A DNA stretch of 64,000 bases. Source: an uncultured Bacteroidota bacterium (lineage in GTDB: Bacteria > Bacteroidota > Ignavibacteria > Kryptoniales > JAKASW01). The stretch covers positions 96,001-160,000 of the forward strand of contig CAVYHK010000025.1 of NCBI GenBank assembly GCA_963768145.1, written 5' to 3'. This document shows positions 38,301 to 48,183 of this stretch, one piece after another. Position numbers and translations under genes: made by a program. Position 1 is the first letter of the stretch. Every line of letters begins with the position of its first letter. Under the pieces are notes generated by a model. It was not told where the DNA came from, did no database searches, and saw only the letters and a list, made by a program, of their open reading frames with translations.

Positions 38301-41300
38301 CACTGCCATACGTTCCTGCAAAAATGTACCCGGATGAATTGATGGCTAATGAATAAACATAGCCACTCGCTAAACCTACCTGTGTCCAACTCGTACCGTT
38401 GTTCGTTGAAAGGTAAACCCCATTCTGGCCGGTGCCCGCAAAAATGTAGCCGGAGGAATTGATGGCTAATGACACAACCCCTGTACTAGACAAACCACTT
38501 TCTGTCCAACTCGTTCCATTGTTCGTTGAAAGATATACACCTCCAACACCCCCTCCGGCAAAAATGTAGCCGGATGAATTGATGGCTAATGAATAAACAT
38601 AGCTACTCGTCAATCCATTATTTACCTGCGTCCAACTTGTACCGTTATTCGTTGAAAGATAGACACCACCTCCATTTGTTCCGGCAAAAATGTAGCCCGA
38701 GGAATTGATGGCTAATGAATAAACCCAGCTACTCGTCAATCCATTATTTACCTGCGTCCAACTTGTACCATTGTTCGTTGAAAGATAGACACCACCTCCA
38801 TTTGTTCCGGCAAAAATGTAGCCGGAGGAATTAATGGCTAATGAATAAACCTCGCTGCTCGTCAAACCTACCTGTGTCCAACTCGTTCCATTGTTCGTTG
38901 AAAGATATACACCTCCGCCATACGTTCCGGCAAAAATGTAGCCGGAGGAACTGATGGCTAACGAATAAACATCAAGGTTCGTCAAACCATTATTTATCTG
39001 GGTCCAAGTGATAGAAAGCTGATTTGCCGTCGTAAAGCTCCATACTGTCGACCAGGCGCTCGTTCCTGCCGAGTCAGTCGCATTCACCCGCCAGTAATAC
39101 TTTGTCTGAGATGACAAACCGCTTACCGCTAAAAATGTGTCCGCGACGGTGGTGTCAACGTACGAACTTGCAGCAAATGTGGAGTCCGTCGAAAGCTGTA
39201 TCCGGTAGGAAAGTTCACTCGCCTGATTGACCCTCAGGAGTCTTCCACCCTTTTTTATAGCCGCTTGCTTGGCAGTGCTCAAAAAGGAGCTGGTTAATCC
39301 GGCAGGACTATTCCACGTCAACGTAGGACTGGTTGAAACTCCCGTCGTATCGTTTGCCGGGCTGGCAAGCGTCGGCGCAGGCGGAGGCGCGGCAGATGAA
39401 ATACTCGCACGATAAATTCCTCCACCCCAGGTCCCGGCAAAAATGTAGCCGGAGGAACTAATGGCCAAAGGCTCAACATCGCTGTTCGTCAATCCATTAT
39501 TTGCTTGCGTCCAGCTCGTACCGTTGTCCATCGAAAGATATACACCGTTGCCATACGTGCCGGCAAATATGTAACCGGAGGAGTTTATAGCAAATGACAT
39601 AACCTGCGCACCAACCAAGCCGACTTGCGACCAGCTCTTCCCGTCATTCGTTGAAAGATATACACCGCTATCAGTTCCGGCAAAAATGTAACCGGAAGAA
39701 TTGATCGCTAATGCACGGACATTACCGGTATTCATCAAACCGACCGAGTTCCAACTTGTCCCGTTGTCGGTTGAGAGATATATACCTTGATTGGCGCTGA
39801 TGTATCCCATTCCGGCAAAAATGTATCCGGAGGAATTGATAGCTAATGACAAAATATTTGGGCTGCTCGGCAAACCATTGTTTACGGGCGTCCAGTCCGT
39901 CCCGTTGTCAGTTGAAAGATAAATGCCGCCGTAAGTTCCCGCAAAAACGTTGCCCGATGAATTGATGGCTAACGCCGCAACAGCATTGTTGCTAGTCAAA
40001 CCTGCCGGGGTCCAACTCGATCCATTGTCCGTTGAAAAAAATGCTCCAGAACTAAAATACCCGACACCGGCGAAGACATAACCGACTGGATTGATAGCGA
40101 ACGAGTAAACCTCGGTACCCGGTAATCCTACCTGTGTCCAACTCACACCGTTGTCCGTTGACCGAAACACACCGCTGCCATACGTTCCGGCAAAAATGGA
40201 GACGGAGGAATTGATGGCCAGCGACTGGACATAGCTATTCGATAAACCGTTGTTTATCTGGGTCCAGGAGATAGAGAGTTGATTCGCGGTCGTAAAGTTC
40301 CACACAGTTGACCAAGGACTCGCTCCTGACGTGTCAGTCGCATTCACCCGCCAGTAATACTTTGTCTGAGCTGACAAACCACTTACTGCCAAGAATGTGT
40401 CAGCAACCGTGGTGTCGACAAATGAAGTTGAAACAAATGTCGAGTCGGTCGAAAGTTGTATTCTGTAAGAAAGCTCTACTGTCTGACTTACCTTCGAGAG
40501 TCTTCCATCCTTTTTCAGAACCGCTCGCTTGGCGGTCTCCATCAGGGAACTCGATACTCCTGTCGGAGCATTCCATGTCAGTGTAGGATTGATTGAGACT
40601 CCTGTCGAGCCGGTGGCAGGACTGGCAAGGACTGGAGCAGAAAGTGAATTACTGGGCTGCCAACCATCTTCGTGATATAGCGAATCAATTTCCGCAGAAC
40701 TCAATGCCCGATTGTAAATCCGAATATCGTCGATAGAACCAGTGAAAAGACGGCCAAGGTCTTTCTGTCTTCCAATCGCGAACCACGCGTCAGAGTATGT
40801 TATCGAGCCATCCCACGAAACACTCGTTGAGGGTTGAAGAACCCCGTTGTAATATATTTGCGCATCTTCATTTGCTTTTCGCGACGCAGTAACCATTACC
40901 CATTGATTGAGCGGGACAACTGCATCGGCATTAGCCATGTGCCATGAACCATTCCCAATCTCGAAATGAATATGCCCTGCGGGTGATGTTTGCCCGTCAG
41001 AATTTGTCCGTCCGTCGATAAAGATACTTGCCCCGGAAGTCGTTCCATCATTCTGGCTTCCTACGATCATCCCAAGATCTCCCTCACCATTATTGGGATA
41101 ACCAGTTATGAAAATCCATGCAGATAAAGTAATCTCATTTTGTATTTGCAGGTTCGCAGGGATTGGATCAGCGACAAATATATAACTACTTGAACCGTCG
41201 AAGCCGTATGCGCTATTTGCGTTCCCGAATCGATCTGTGGTAAGAGTTGCCCCCTCGCTTGTCCCGTCGTTGCCATTACCGGAGGAATCATCGGCATTGC

Positions 41301-42492
41301 CACTAAACGGATAGTAAGCCAGCAAACCTTGATTTAACGATTCAGGGGTAGCACTCACTTCATTGCTGAATCCACTCTCCACTCCTGCGTTATTCACAGC
41401 CGTAACGCGGAAGTAATATGGCGTCCCGTTGGCAAGTCCAGTCAATGTCTTCATAGTATCGGTGATGGATGCCGAAGAAGAATCAGCGAGCGTTTCGCTG
41501 CCGGCAGTGTTTCCCTCATAGATTCTGTATCTTAAAAAGTCAGCCTCGGTGTTCCTTTTCCATTTCAGTGTAACCTGTCCGGCACCGGAGGCGGCGATTA
41601 GGTTTTGAGGAGCGGCAGGCCCCCCGCTGATAGGAGTATATGTCCGCTGTATGTTTGAGATACGCAATTCATCTACGCATCCGGAGTATCCTGTATGTGT
41701 GCCGAGCAGCATCATCACCGAACTTCCGTATCCTGAAGCCGGACTCCCTGTATTCACATCGCTTCCTACCAACGTTCCATTGATATAAAGCTTGGCTCCA
41801 GTACTGCCCCATGTTGCGGCCACATGCGTCCATGTATTTATTGGTACCACGGCGGTTCCGGAGTTCATACTAAAAGCCGCCCACGCCTCTGCACTAAGCT
41901 GACCGGTTGAGCTCACAAACATTCCAAAAGTCCATCCACCACAGGAATGGTAATATTGTCCCTGTTCCAAAAGAGATATGTTGCTTGGTCCGTAAGCTGT
42001 TAAGTACACATAAAATTCTAATGAACCATCGGGAACGCTCAGAAGCTCCCCACCTGGATATTCCAGATATGACGGCGACCCTGCGGGTTGACCGACAGGA
42101 GGATTTAACATAAGCGCTTGATTGAAACCACTCGGTCCGGAGATATAAGAATAGCTCGGAGTAGCCGAGGGCTCCTGAGTACATGCTTCGCCAGTTTCAG
42201 TGTATGCGAGAATATTCGCGCTTGTTGAGCCGTCAAAGTGGTCGAGGAGAACGGTATTTGCGTCGGAAGTGTACGGAGCGTTCTGCGCAAAAACTCGAGG
42301 TGTGATTAGAAGGAAAAGTACGATGAGGATTCCTTTGAGGAATCCCTCGGATTTTCCAGGCACAAATGAATAGCTCTCATCCTTGAGAGTTTTTTTTCTC
42401 CGCGAGGTTTTCTTCGCTATGCCTCCAGAGTATGATGTTGACATGGGTCTCGAATCTCGGAACCCGTTTAGCCGTCTACTTTGCACCTTCAT
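35332..42492 (-). CDS. Giant (2386 aa) secreted T9SS cargo: LamG-like x2, Fn3, then 4 Fn3-like linker modules bracketing 3 BNR/Asp-box beta-propellers, C-terminal CTD
   Basis: I count about 21 blades of the form ..SLAINSSGYIFAGT.GGGVYLSTNNGTSWTQV.., and the string SSGYIFA occurs 18 times by my count. S-x-(D/N)-x-G-x-(S/T)-W is the BNR/Asp-box. The linker modules have the form LASPAN..G..T.PTLTW...YYWRVNATD..G.S.WS..W.FTT. The LamG-like N-terminus includes ..LRISNIQRT, ..DDIRIYNRALS. The CTD is LYQNYPNPFNPVTIVRYEIP..GVYFCRI. The start is either 42492 or the Met at 42444. Confidence 0.85.
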   Translation of the reverse strand: MKVQSRRLNGFRDSRPMSTSYSGGIAKKTSRRKKTLKDESYSFVPGKSEGFLKGILIVLFLLITPRVFAQNAPYTSDANTVLLDHFDGSTSANILAYTETGEACTQEPSATPSYSYISGPSGFNQALMLNPPVGQPAGSPSYLEYPGGELLSVPDGSLEFYVYLTAYGPSNISLLEQGQYYHSCGGWTFGMFVSSTGQLSAEAWAAFSMNSGTAVVPINTWTHVAATWGSTGAKLYINGTLVGSDVNTGSPASGYGSSVMMLLGTHTGYSGCVDELRISNIQRTYTPISGGPAAPQNLIAASGAGQVTLKWKRNTEADFLRYRIYEGNTAGSETLADSSSASITDTMKTLTGLANGTPYYFRVTAVNNAGVESGFSNEVSATPESLNQGLLAYYPFSGNADDSSGNGNDGTSEGATLTTDRFGNANSAYGFDGSSSYIFVADPIPANLQIQNEITLSAWIFITGYPNNGEGDLGMIVGSQNDGTTSGASIFIDGRTNSDGQTSPAGHIHFEIGNGSWHMANADAVVPLNQWVMVTASRKANEDAQIYYNGVLQPSTSVSWDGSITYSDAWFAIGRQKDLGRLFTGSIDDIRIYNRALSSAEIDSLYHEDGWQPSNSLSAPVLASPATGSTGVSINPTLTWNAPTGVSSSLMETAKRAVLKKDGRLSKVSQTVELSYRIQLSTDSTFVSTSFVDTTVADTFLAVSGLSAQTKYYWRVNATDTSGASPWSTVWNFTTANQLSISWTQINNGLSNSYVQSLAINSSVSIFAGTYGSGVFRSTDNGVSWTQVGLPGTEVYSFAINPVGYVFAGVGYFSSGAFFSTDNGSSWTPAGLTSNNAVAALAINSSGNVFAGTYGGIYLSTDNGTDWTPVNNGLPSSPNILSLAINSSGYIFAGMGYISANQGIYLSTDNGTSWNSVGLMNTGNVRALAINSSGYIFAGTDSGVYLSTNDGKSWSQVGLVGAQVMSFAINSSGYIFAGTYGNGVYLSMDNGTSWTQANNGLTNSDVEPLAISSSGYIFAGTWGGGIYRASISSAAPPPAPTLASPANDTTGVSTSPTLTWNSPAGLTSSFLSTAKQAAIKKGGRLLRVNQASELSYRIQLSTDSTFAASSYVDTTVADTFLAVSGLSSQTKYYWRVNATDSAGTSAWSTVWSFTTANQLSITWTQINNGLTNLDVYSLAISSSGYIFAGTYGGGVYLSTNNGTSWTQVGLTSSEVYSLAINSSGYIFAGTNGGGVYLSTNNGTSWTQVNNGLTSSWVYSLAINSSGYIFAGTNGGGVYLSTNNGTSWTQVNNGLTSSYVYSLAINSSGYIFAGGGVGGVYLSTNNGTSWTESGLSSTGVVSLAINSSGYIFAGTGQNGVYLSTNNGTSWTQVGLASGYVYSLAINSSGYIFAGTYGSGVYLSMNNGTSWTQVNNGLTNSDVEPLAINSSGYIFAGTYGGGIYRASIPSAVPPPAPKLASPANDSTGVSTSPTLTWNGSTVVASYVSSAAKHAVVRKDGRLLKVSQTAGLSYRVQLSTDSTFVASAYTDTTVADTFLAVSGLSAQTKYYWRVNATDSAGTSAWSAIWSFTTGNQLSWTLMNNGLTNNYVMALAVNSSGYIFAGTWGGGVYLSTNNGTTWTAVNNGLTTSGIVCLAINSSGYIFAGTSSGVYLSTNSGTSWTQTGLTSGNVYSLAINSSGYIFAETDGGVYLSANNGTSWMAANNGLTNAGVVYSFAISVSSGYIFAGTELGVYLSTNNGGSWTQVGLASSEILSLAINSSGYIFAGTNSAGVYLSTNNGTSWSQVNNGMTTRTVQSLAINSSGYIFAGYVGVYLSTDNGASWTQTGLTSTAAIVSLVINSSGYIFAGTDGNGIYRASISSLLVTPLAPTLASPANSTTGLATNPTLTWSASKGATSYELQVSKDSTFATTAFDKTKLTSTSQEVTGLSQGTTYYWRVNATGSSGSSGWSAVWSFTTFTYPSVITVSTRYVPPSVMDSTGYRIIGLPGAIDIPLGKVITGTQGSDWDAYWDNGDDQNYYVEYPSDGRFYFMPGTAFWILSKNSFTVSTNAATVPLDTSNCYSITLHSGWNLISNPFEKSVTWSSVETLNSVVQPIYFFKGSYDTTGSFDPYLGYYFYNNQDLASLEIPYAYSAPSQSRVEGFSKGISSVRSNIIKLSLSSRSRMPLPITVGFNPTVSDTLNRLNIFAPPDNFTDMSIQIVDQNAKGYWKKLFSDVRSEVGKGQSFDIEVKNLTKETAAMKPALTGGLENCDVYLVDNGTHTFYNLKTTDSISISGAYKYKSYALLIGSGNYIDSIKAIYAPKNYELYQNYPNPFNPVTIVRYEIPKDVRVTLKVYNVLGQMVRTLVDQVQQSGYYETVFDGTGLASGVYFCRINAGNYSQVKKMALIK

Positions 42493-44263
42493 ATATCACC
42501 CAATCACTTCCATAAAACGTTGGTGTCTGTGTTTTGCTGTTTAACCTTCTCGAATAGTAAGGAACGCCGTTCACTTCATCGGCTGTGAACTCATAGAGCT
42601 GCTTTGCGGTGATGGTCTTGTTGTGTTGATAATCTGCTCCGCCTTGCAAGCCTTTGAGGAAGAAATAGGTGAACAAACTCTGCTGCTTGTCGCTGTACCA
42701 GCCACTCACCTGATCTCCGCTGGCACTTGTTATAATCGTCGCGTTGGCAGAAGCCATCGCATCTTTATTCACAGTTATGTAGATGGGACTCACGTTGGCA
42801 AGCAGAGATCCTTTAGCCGAGCTTCCGGAAAAGCACGCGTCCAAAACAACGGTGACATGTTTCAGCCCTTTCTCAGCATCGATCTTGTCGAGATTGGAAT
42901 AAAGCGTCTTGAGAGAATATCCGTTCAGTCCAACATGAGTCGGATCGCAGTCAACGGGGACAATGTATCCTTCCTTTGAATCTGTGTCAGGTGCACCATG
43001 GCCGCTGTAATAGATGTAAACCTCGCTCCCCTTTCTAACATAGTCGTACAGTTGACCCTTGAAATTCGACTCATTTCCAAAGACACGTGTCATATCCGAC
43101 TGGGATGCATTCTCTATATAAATGATGTTGTCAGCTTGAAATCCCATCGTGGTGACGAGGTAGCGCTTCATGATCGCTGCGTCATTCAAGGCGTATTCCA
43201 CTCTTGGCGCATTTGTGTAATCCTTATTCCCGATGACTACGGCAAAAGCATCGGGCTTCACTTGTGCGGCAACAGGAAGATTCTCGACAATATCAAGTTT
43301 CAGGTTTGCCACGTTTGGCATGTTGAGGTCCTCCGTCTTCCTCGCGGCAACCACAATTTCTTCCGGCTTTTTCTGCGGTGTATCGAATGGAAGCTCGAGG
43401 GTCATGTCCATGGAATACTCGCCGCTTCTCTCGCTCACCGCAATGTCTATACGGACATCGGTCGCACGGTTGTTCGTGATCAGATTTGTGGTCACGTCTT
43501 TATAGTCTCCAGGTTTCAAGTCACCGAGATTGAAGACCGAATGAAAAACGCCGCCTTGTTCCACCGCCGATGAATCGAGTGAAATTACATTTTCCCCAAG
43601 GGTAAGAGAGGCAACGGTGCCGGAACTGGTGGTACCGCCTCTGTTTTGCAGCCTCAAAGTCACTGTCACATTTTCACGTTTCTGGATCTTCCCTGTCCTG
43701 CTGGGTTCCTGGACTCCGTAGTCAACCAGATTTACATTGGGCGGCCGAAATGCTAAAGTGGGAACAACAAGTATCTTTTCAGGGTCGAGGTCAAATCCGT
43801 TCTTCTCAAGAACCTTGAGGACAAACTCGACATTGCCCGTCGAAATACCGTGAGAGCCTTTCAACAGTACACGCGCCGACATTTCCTCATTAGGTGCAAG
43901 GCGTGGAATGGCGGTGGGGTTTGTAACTTCAATACCGGAGTTTTCTATTGATGGGACAAGCTCTACCTGACAATTCTCGGCAGGTTTCCCGCCGATGTTT
44001 CGAAGCGCTACAAGAACCTGCGCGCCTTCGTCGGCACCCAGAGCATTATCTCCGGATGCGTCCTTGAATGTGATCTCGGCAGTCAGGAATGGGCTATAAG
44101 CGTTTATTTGATTTTTCTCGTTGGCATTGGCGCTCTGGACAGGAACAGGAGTCATGGTTGGCGCAACTGGTTTTAGAGCTCCTGTTTGACTCTTGCCCGT
44201 GGCCGTCTGTCCGTAGGCAAGACCTGCCAGGAACATTACACAAATGAAGAATAGCTTTTTCAT
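42476..44263 (-). CDS. Secreted caspase-family (peptidase C14) protein with N-terminal Ig/CARDB-like modules
   Basis: It has a signal peptide (MKKLFFICVMFLAGLAYGQ). The C14 core has ..FAVVIGNKDY.., the catalytic His context YIYYSGHGAPD, and the catalytic Cys context VTVVLDACFSGSS. Confidence 0.8.
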   Translation of the reverse strand: MKKLFFICVMFLAGLAYGQTATGKSQTGALKPVAPTMTPVPVQSANANEKNQINAYSPFLTAEITFKDASGDNALGADEGAQVLVALRNIGGKPAENCQVELVPSIENSGIEVTNPTAIPRLAPNEEMSARVLLKGSHGISTGNVEFVLKVLEKNGFDLDPEKILVVPTLAFRPPNVNLVDYGVQEPSRTGKIQKRENVTVTLRLQNRGGTTSSGTVASLTLGENVISLDSSAVEQGGVFHSVFNLGDLKPGDYKDVTTNLITNNRATDVRIDIAVSERSGEYSMDMTLELPFDTPQKKPEEIVVAARKTEDLNMPNVANLKLDIVENLPVAAQVKPDAFAVVIGNKDYTNAPRVEYALNDAAIMKRYLVTTMGFQADNIIYIENASQSDMTRVFGNESNFKGQLYDYVRKGSEVYIYYSGHGAPDTDSKEGYIVPVDCDPTHVGLNGYSLKTLYSNLDKIDAEKGLKHVTVVLDACFSGSSAKGSLLANVSPIYITVNKDAMASANATIITSASGDQVSGWYSDKQQSLFTYFFLKGLQGGADYQHNKTITAKQLYEFTADEVNGVPYYSRRLNSKTQTPTFYGSDWVIYEGAK

Positions 44264-44281
44264 AGAATCATCTCCGTTCTG

Positions 44282-44785
44282 TCAAGGCCTCAATGGCGGA
44301 GCCGGGAATTGACTCCCTCCACCAGACTTTTTGAATACGTCGGTGCCGAAATAGACTGCGGCTCCACCCGCGACTAACGCGCCTCCCACATAATACAGCC
44401 ATGATGCCCCTCCCTTTTCCACTCCAAGCAATGTGGCGTTCACCTCGAAATAATAGTCGTCTCCATCAAGTCCGTAGGGCATGTCTTCGTAAAGCTGCCA
44501 CACTATTTGTCTATCAGCTCCTGCGTATGTGCCGGTTCCAACATCTCCTGCGACAGTTTTTGGGAGCATCCGGAAAAATGGCTGTGACCCTCTTCTTAAG
44601 CTCAACTGTATCTTGTAAGACTTATCTGTCGGACCGGCAAGATCATAATGAACTACTACGTTGCTGTCTTTCATTGAATAAGAAACGTTGGTAACGGTGA
44701 TTTCCTGCGAAAGGCTTGATTTGCCGCTTAGCAGAACAAATGCTATGCTGGCAGCATAAACCGCAATTGTTATCCTCTTTCTCAT
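44282..44785 (-). CDS. Hypothetical membrane-anchored protein (signal peptide, beta-sandwich-like ectodomain, C-terminal TM)
   Basis: MRKRITIAVYAASIAFVLLSG.. is followed by ..YKIQLSLRRGSQPFFRMLPKTVAGDVGTG..IVWQLYEDMP.. and a C-terminal hydrophobic segment WLYYVGGALVAGGAAVYFG. No family was recognised. The start was chosen at the internal Met. Confidence 0.45.
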   Translation of the reverse strand: MRKRITIAVYAASIAFVLLSGKSSLSQEITVTNVSYSMKDSNVVVHYDLAGPTDKSYKIQLSLRRGSQPFFRMLPKTVAGDVGTGTYAGADRQIVWQLYEDMPYGLDGDDYYFEVNATLLGVEKGGASWLYYVGGALVAGGAAVYFGTDVFKKSGGGSQFPAPPLRP

Positions 44786-45257
44786 CTTACCGTCTTTTCC
44801 TTCCTGTGTTGCTCTGCGTGAGATCGACACTTATTCCGCTCCGTGGAATCTTCTTTACGCGGAATGTCTCCCCTGTCGATACCAAAGAGACCGTGGTAAT
44901 GAGCTGAATGTCCGTCGCTGCGTTCTTGCATCTCACCATCAACCTTTATGCCTTTTCTGTCAAATTCAGAGAACGATAGTGCCGACAACCTCCTGGTATT
45001 TCAACCCCTCCTCCGTCTGCTCGAATGTAGATCTGCATCACATTCACCGCTTCCAACTCCAAGGCAACCTTGTAACCACCGCGTTACTCAGAAACCTTTG
45101 TTCTGATGCTCTCCAAGTAATGGATTGGACGCCCACACCTAATTTACACAGCGGTTGCAGAGTATGCAACCTGGAACGCCGGCAGATGTGCCCAGCCTCA
45201 CTCGCCTTCGTACTACCTCGAATAGTCACCCGCGCTGCCGGGCGCCTGGTCCTCAAA

Positions 45258-46348
45258 TCATTTTTCGAGCACAAGTTTCAACGAAATGCGGTTCGTCGGA
45301 GGGAGAGCATCCGCATAAGAAAATTTTGCAAAGGCATAATCGATTTCGAGTTTCGGAAGCTGAATTCCCGCACCGACCGTGAATTGTTTCACTTCATTGT
45401 AGCCCGCCCGAATGGCGATGACATTTTTATAGCTTACTTCAGCCCCGGCGCGCAACATCCGCACCGAGCGGACCAAGATGTACTAATGAGGAAGACCGCA
45501 TATTGTCAAAATTGAAAAGCAGATCCACTGCAGGCGTAATGCCGAATGAGCCGAGCGAGAAAGTCATATGCGGCACCTGTTGCAAGCGTCGGCGTCATCA
45601 CTTCTGTCGTCCCGGTTGTCCACGCAACGACTGTAGTCGTTGCATTTTGCAGGTTAGCTCCGAGACTAAGATTCTTGAACGGAGTGTACAGCACCCCACA
45701 TCAAAACCGATTCCCGTTCCGGAAGTTGTGCCGATGCTGCTGCGGAGCAATTTCACACTCCCGCCGTAAGCGAAGTAGTCAGTCGACTGTTTTGCATAGC
45801 TTCCGACCAGCGCAAAGTCGGTCTCTCCAAAAAAGGTAATTTTTGAGTAGTCCAACTCTGTCTAGGCTATCTACCGAAGGATTGATTATTGGAATAGGAT
45901 TGCCACTTTGATCGGTCTGCAGTCCCGCGGAAAGCGTGTTCGGCACTCCGCTGACACTCAGAACGACGGCGCTAAGTCCAACGGTCTCATCTTTCGAAAC
46001 CTTGATGCGCCAGCGCGCATAATTGTAGCTGACAATGTCGCCGTACCGCTGATCATGCATCAAAATTATTTCCGGAAATTCCAGCTTTGACAAACCGGCA
46101 GGATTCCAGTAGCCCGATGTCACGTCGTTCGCTGCAGCGGTGTAGGCACTTCCCATTCCGAGTGCTCTTCCGCCGACACCGATCGACAGGAAATCGTTCG
46201 CATACTTGGCAAGTGTGATGCCTACTCCTTGAGCGCTGACATTACCATAAAGGATGAGTGACACGCAAAAAACGAATAACGTCCACGCGAAGGCAAATGC
46301 GCCTCCGTGGAAAAAAATGAACGTTGAGAAGGCGGGAGAGCAACACAA
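45258..46348 (-). pseudogene. PorQ/PorV-family-like outer-membrane beta-barrel gene, frame broken at least 3 times
   Basis: The ORF 45779..46348 contains ..FLSIGVGGRALGMGSAYTAAANDVTSGYWNPAGL.., a motif I recall from PorV/PorQ/UPF0164 barrels. The fragments 45598..45855, 45506..45694 and 45258..45476 (..IDYAFAKF..RISLKLVLEK*) continue a barrel in other frames. Confidence 0.5.
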
Positions 46349-46449
46349 TTTTCTCGTTCGTAACTTAAGATTGTCCGTTCGACCTCATTTTCTTTGCTCC
46401 ATGGTTAGATGGTCGCAACTCTTCATCCTTCACTCATCGCTTCTATTTT

Positions 46450-48183
46450 TATTCAATTGGTTCAGCACCGAATTCATCCTTCAAGTACTTGATTAGTGGA
46501 TCGTCTGCCTCTGAATCAACTGCCCGTTCGGTCGGCAACAATCGTGAAATCGACGGCAACTCGAACTCCAAGGTTTTCTGAATTTATCCTGGATATAATT
46601 TTTGTAAGGCTTGGTCATCCCGACAACCACTTCATTCGGGAGCACCAAGCATAAGCCAACCATTTTTGATCCCAAGCGGTTTCAAGTTTATCAGTTGTGA
46701 CCACACTCCAATTCTCTCCTTCCTAACTGCCTGAAGGAGTTCTTCCCACCTCACGGTGATTTCTTGAAATGAAGATTCATTGCTCTGATTCGGCGCGGGC
46801 GGCTCCTTCCGGGGAGCACTGCAGCTGCTTTTCTTCGGGTCCGATCAGTCATTGGTAGCTTCGAAACCGGCGCGAAAGGCATTCACGCTTGATCCCGTTG
46901 TCAAAGCGCACGGAGTGCCTGTGATCGACCCGCTGAGAACAAAGTCCTCGTTCCCTTACCGATCTGCCGACTGGAATTGCTTTGAGCGGGCTGACGCGGA
47001 AAGTGAACGAGCCTATTGTTCGCCTAAAGAGCTACCAGAGGTCAAGTTTTTTTTTAACTCTTCAATTTGCTGAAGAAGCTCACCAAGTTGACGGATGCTC
47101 CATGATTTACAAGCTGCAGCAGCGTCATCTCAAGCTTTATTCTCGGCTGCGAGACATATTTAATCTGCTGCATGGCTTCGCTTGTGATTTTCAGAAGTCT
47201 AAGAAGATCGAATCTGTCAAATCTGAGAGCCGTTATCCAAGTATCTTTTGCGGTAATCTTCAGATGCTTCGATGAAATCCGACTTTTCCCGTCGTGCCGG
47301 CGACGATAAATTGCGGATATGTTCGGACAGTCCTTCAAGAAAATCCACAGGATCATATCCTCGGGAGATAATCTGTGCCGCAAGTTCCACTGCGCCTTTG
47401 GAATCGTTCTTCTCCATCAAGTCAGTCAGTTTGAAGAAGAGGTCGAGCATCCACAAAGCTCAGCGCATTCGCCACGACTTCATGCTTGATATCATTTCCA
47501 CAAAACGCGGCAACCTGATCGAAAATACTCATCACATCGCGCATCGACCCGTCGCCTTTCTTTGCGATCATCATAAAAGATTCTTCATCAACGGAAATTT
47601 TTTCTTCTTTTGCGATGAAGCGAAGGCGTCGATAATTTTCTCAATCTCGATTCTCTTGAAATCAAATCTCTGACATCGCGTGAGAATCGTCGGAATGACT
47701 TTATGCGGTTCAGTTGTCGCAAGAACAAAAATCGCGTACGATGGAGGCTCTTCAAGAGTTTTCAACAATGCGTTGAAAGCTTCCTTAGTGAGCATATGAA
47801 CTTCATCGATGATGTAGAGCTTGTATTTCAATCGCGAAGGTGAATAACGAACCGATTCGCGCAAGTCTCTGTATCTCATCGATGCCACGATTTGAAGCTC
47901 CGTCAATTTCAATCACGTCCAGACTTCTTCCTTCGGTGATCTCTTTGCAGACATCGCATTCATTGCACGGTTCGCCATCTTTGACGTTCGGGCAGTTTAT
48001 CGCTTTGGCGAATATCCGTGCAGTCGTGGTTTTCCCGACGCCGCTCGGACCGCTGAACAAATATGCATGTGCGATGCGGTTGCGGACAATCGCATTCTTC
48101 ATCGTGACCGTAACATGCTCCTGTGCCGTCACTTCATCAAAGCGCATCGGGCGCCATTTGCGAGCAGTTACAAGATAGCTCAT
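46450..48183 (-). CDS. dnaX: DNA polymerase III subunit gamma/tau; as assembled the frame is broken at least 5 times
   Basis: The N-terminus is [50 protein letters not shown] (Walker A plus zinc module). Next come ..[33 protein letters not shown], then later fragments in other frames (47217..47456, 47054..47383, 46493..46675). My translation finds the true C-terminus ..[17 protein letters not shown] with the stop at 46450-46452. Confidence 0.85.

Noticed and set aside
47571-47640. The A-rich stretch in dnaX (..SSQKKKKF.., AAGAAGAAAAAATTT) as a programmed -1 ribosomal frameshift site making gamma vs tau
   Set aside because: dnaX here changes frame at least five times along its whole length, and neighbouring genes are equally affected. 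One programmed site cannot explain that, and I saw no downstream stem-loop. It is treated as part of the error/indel cluster.
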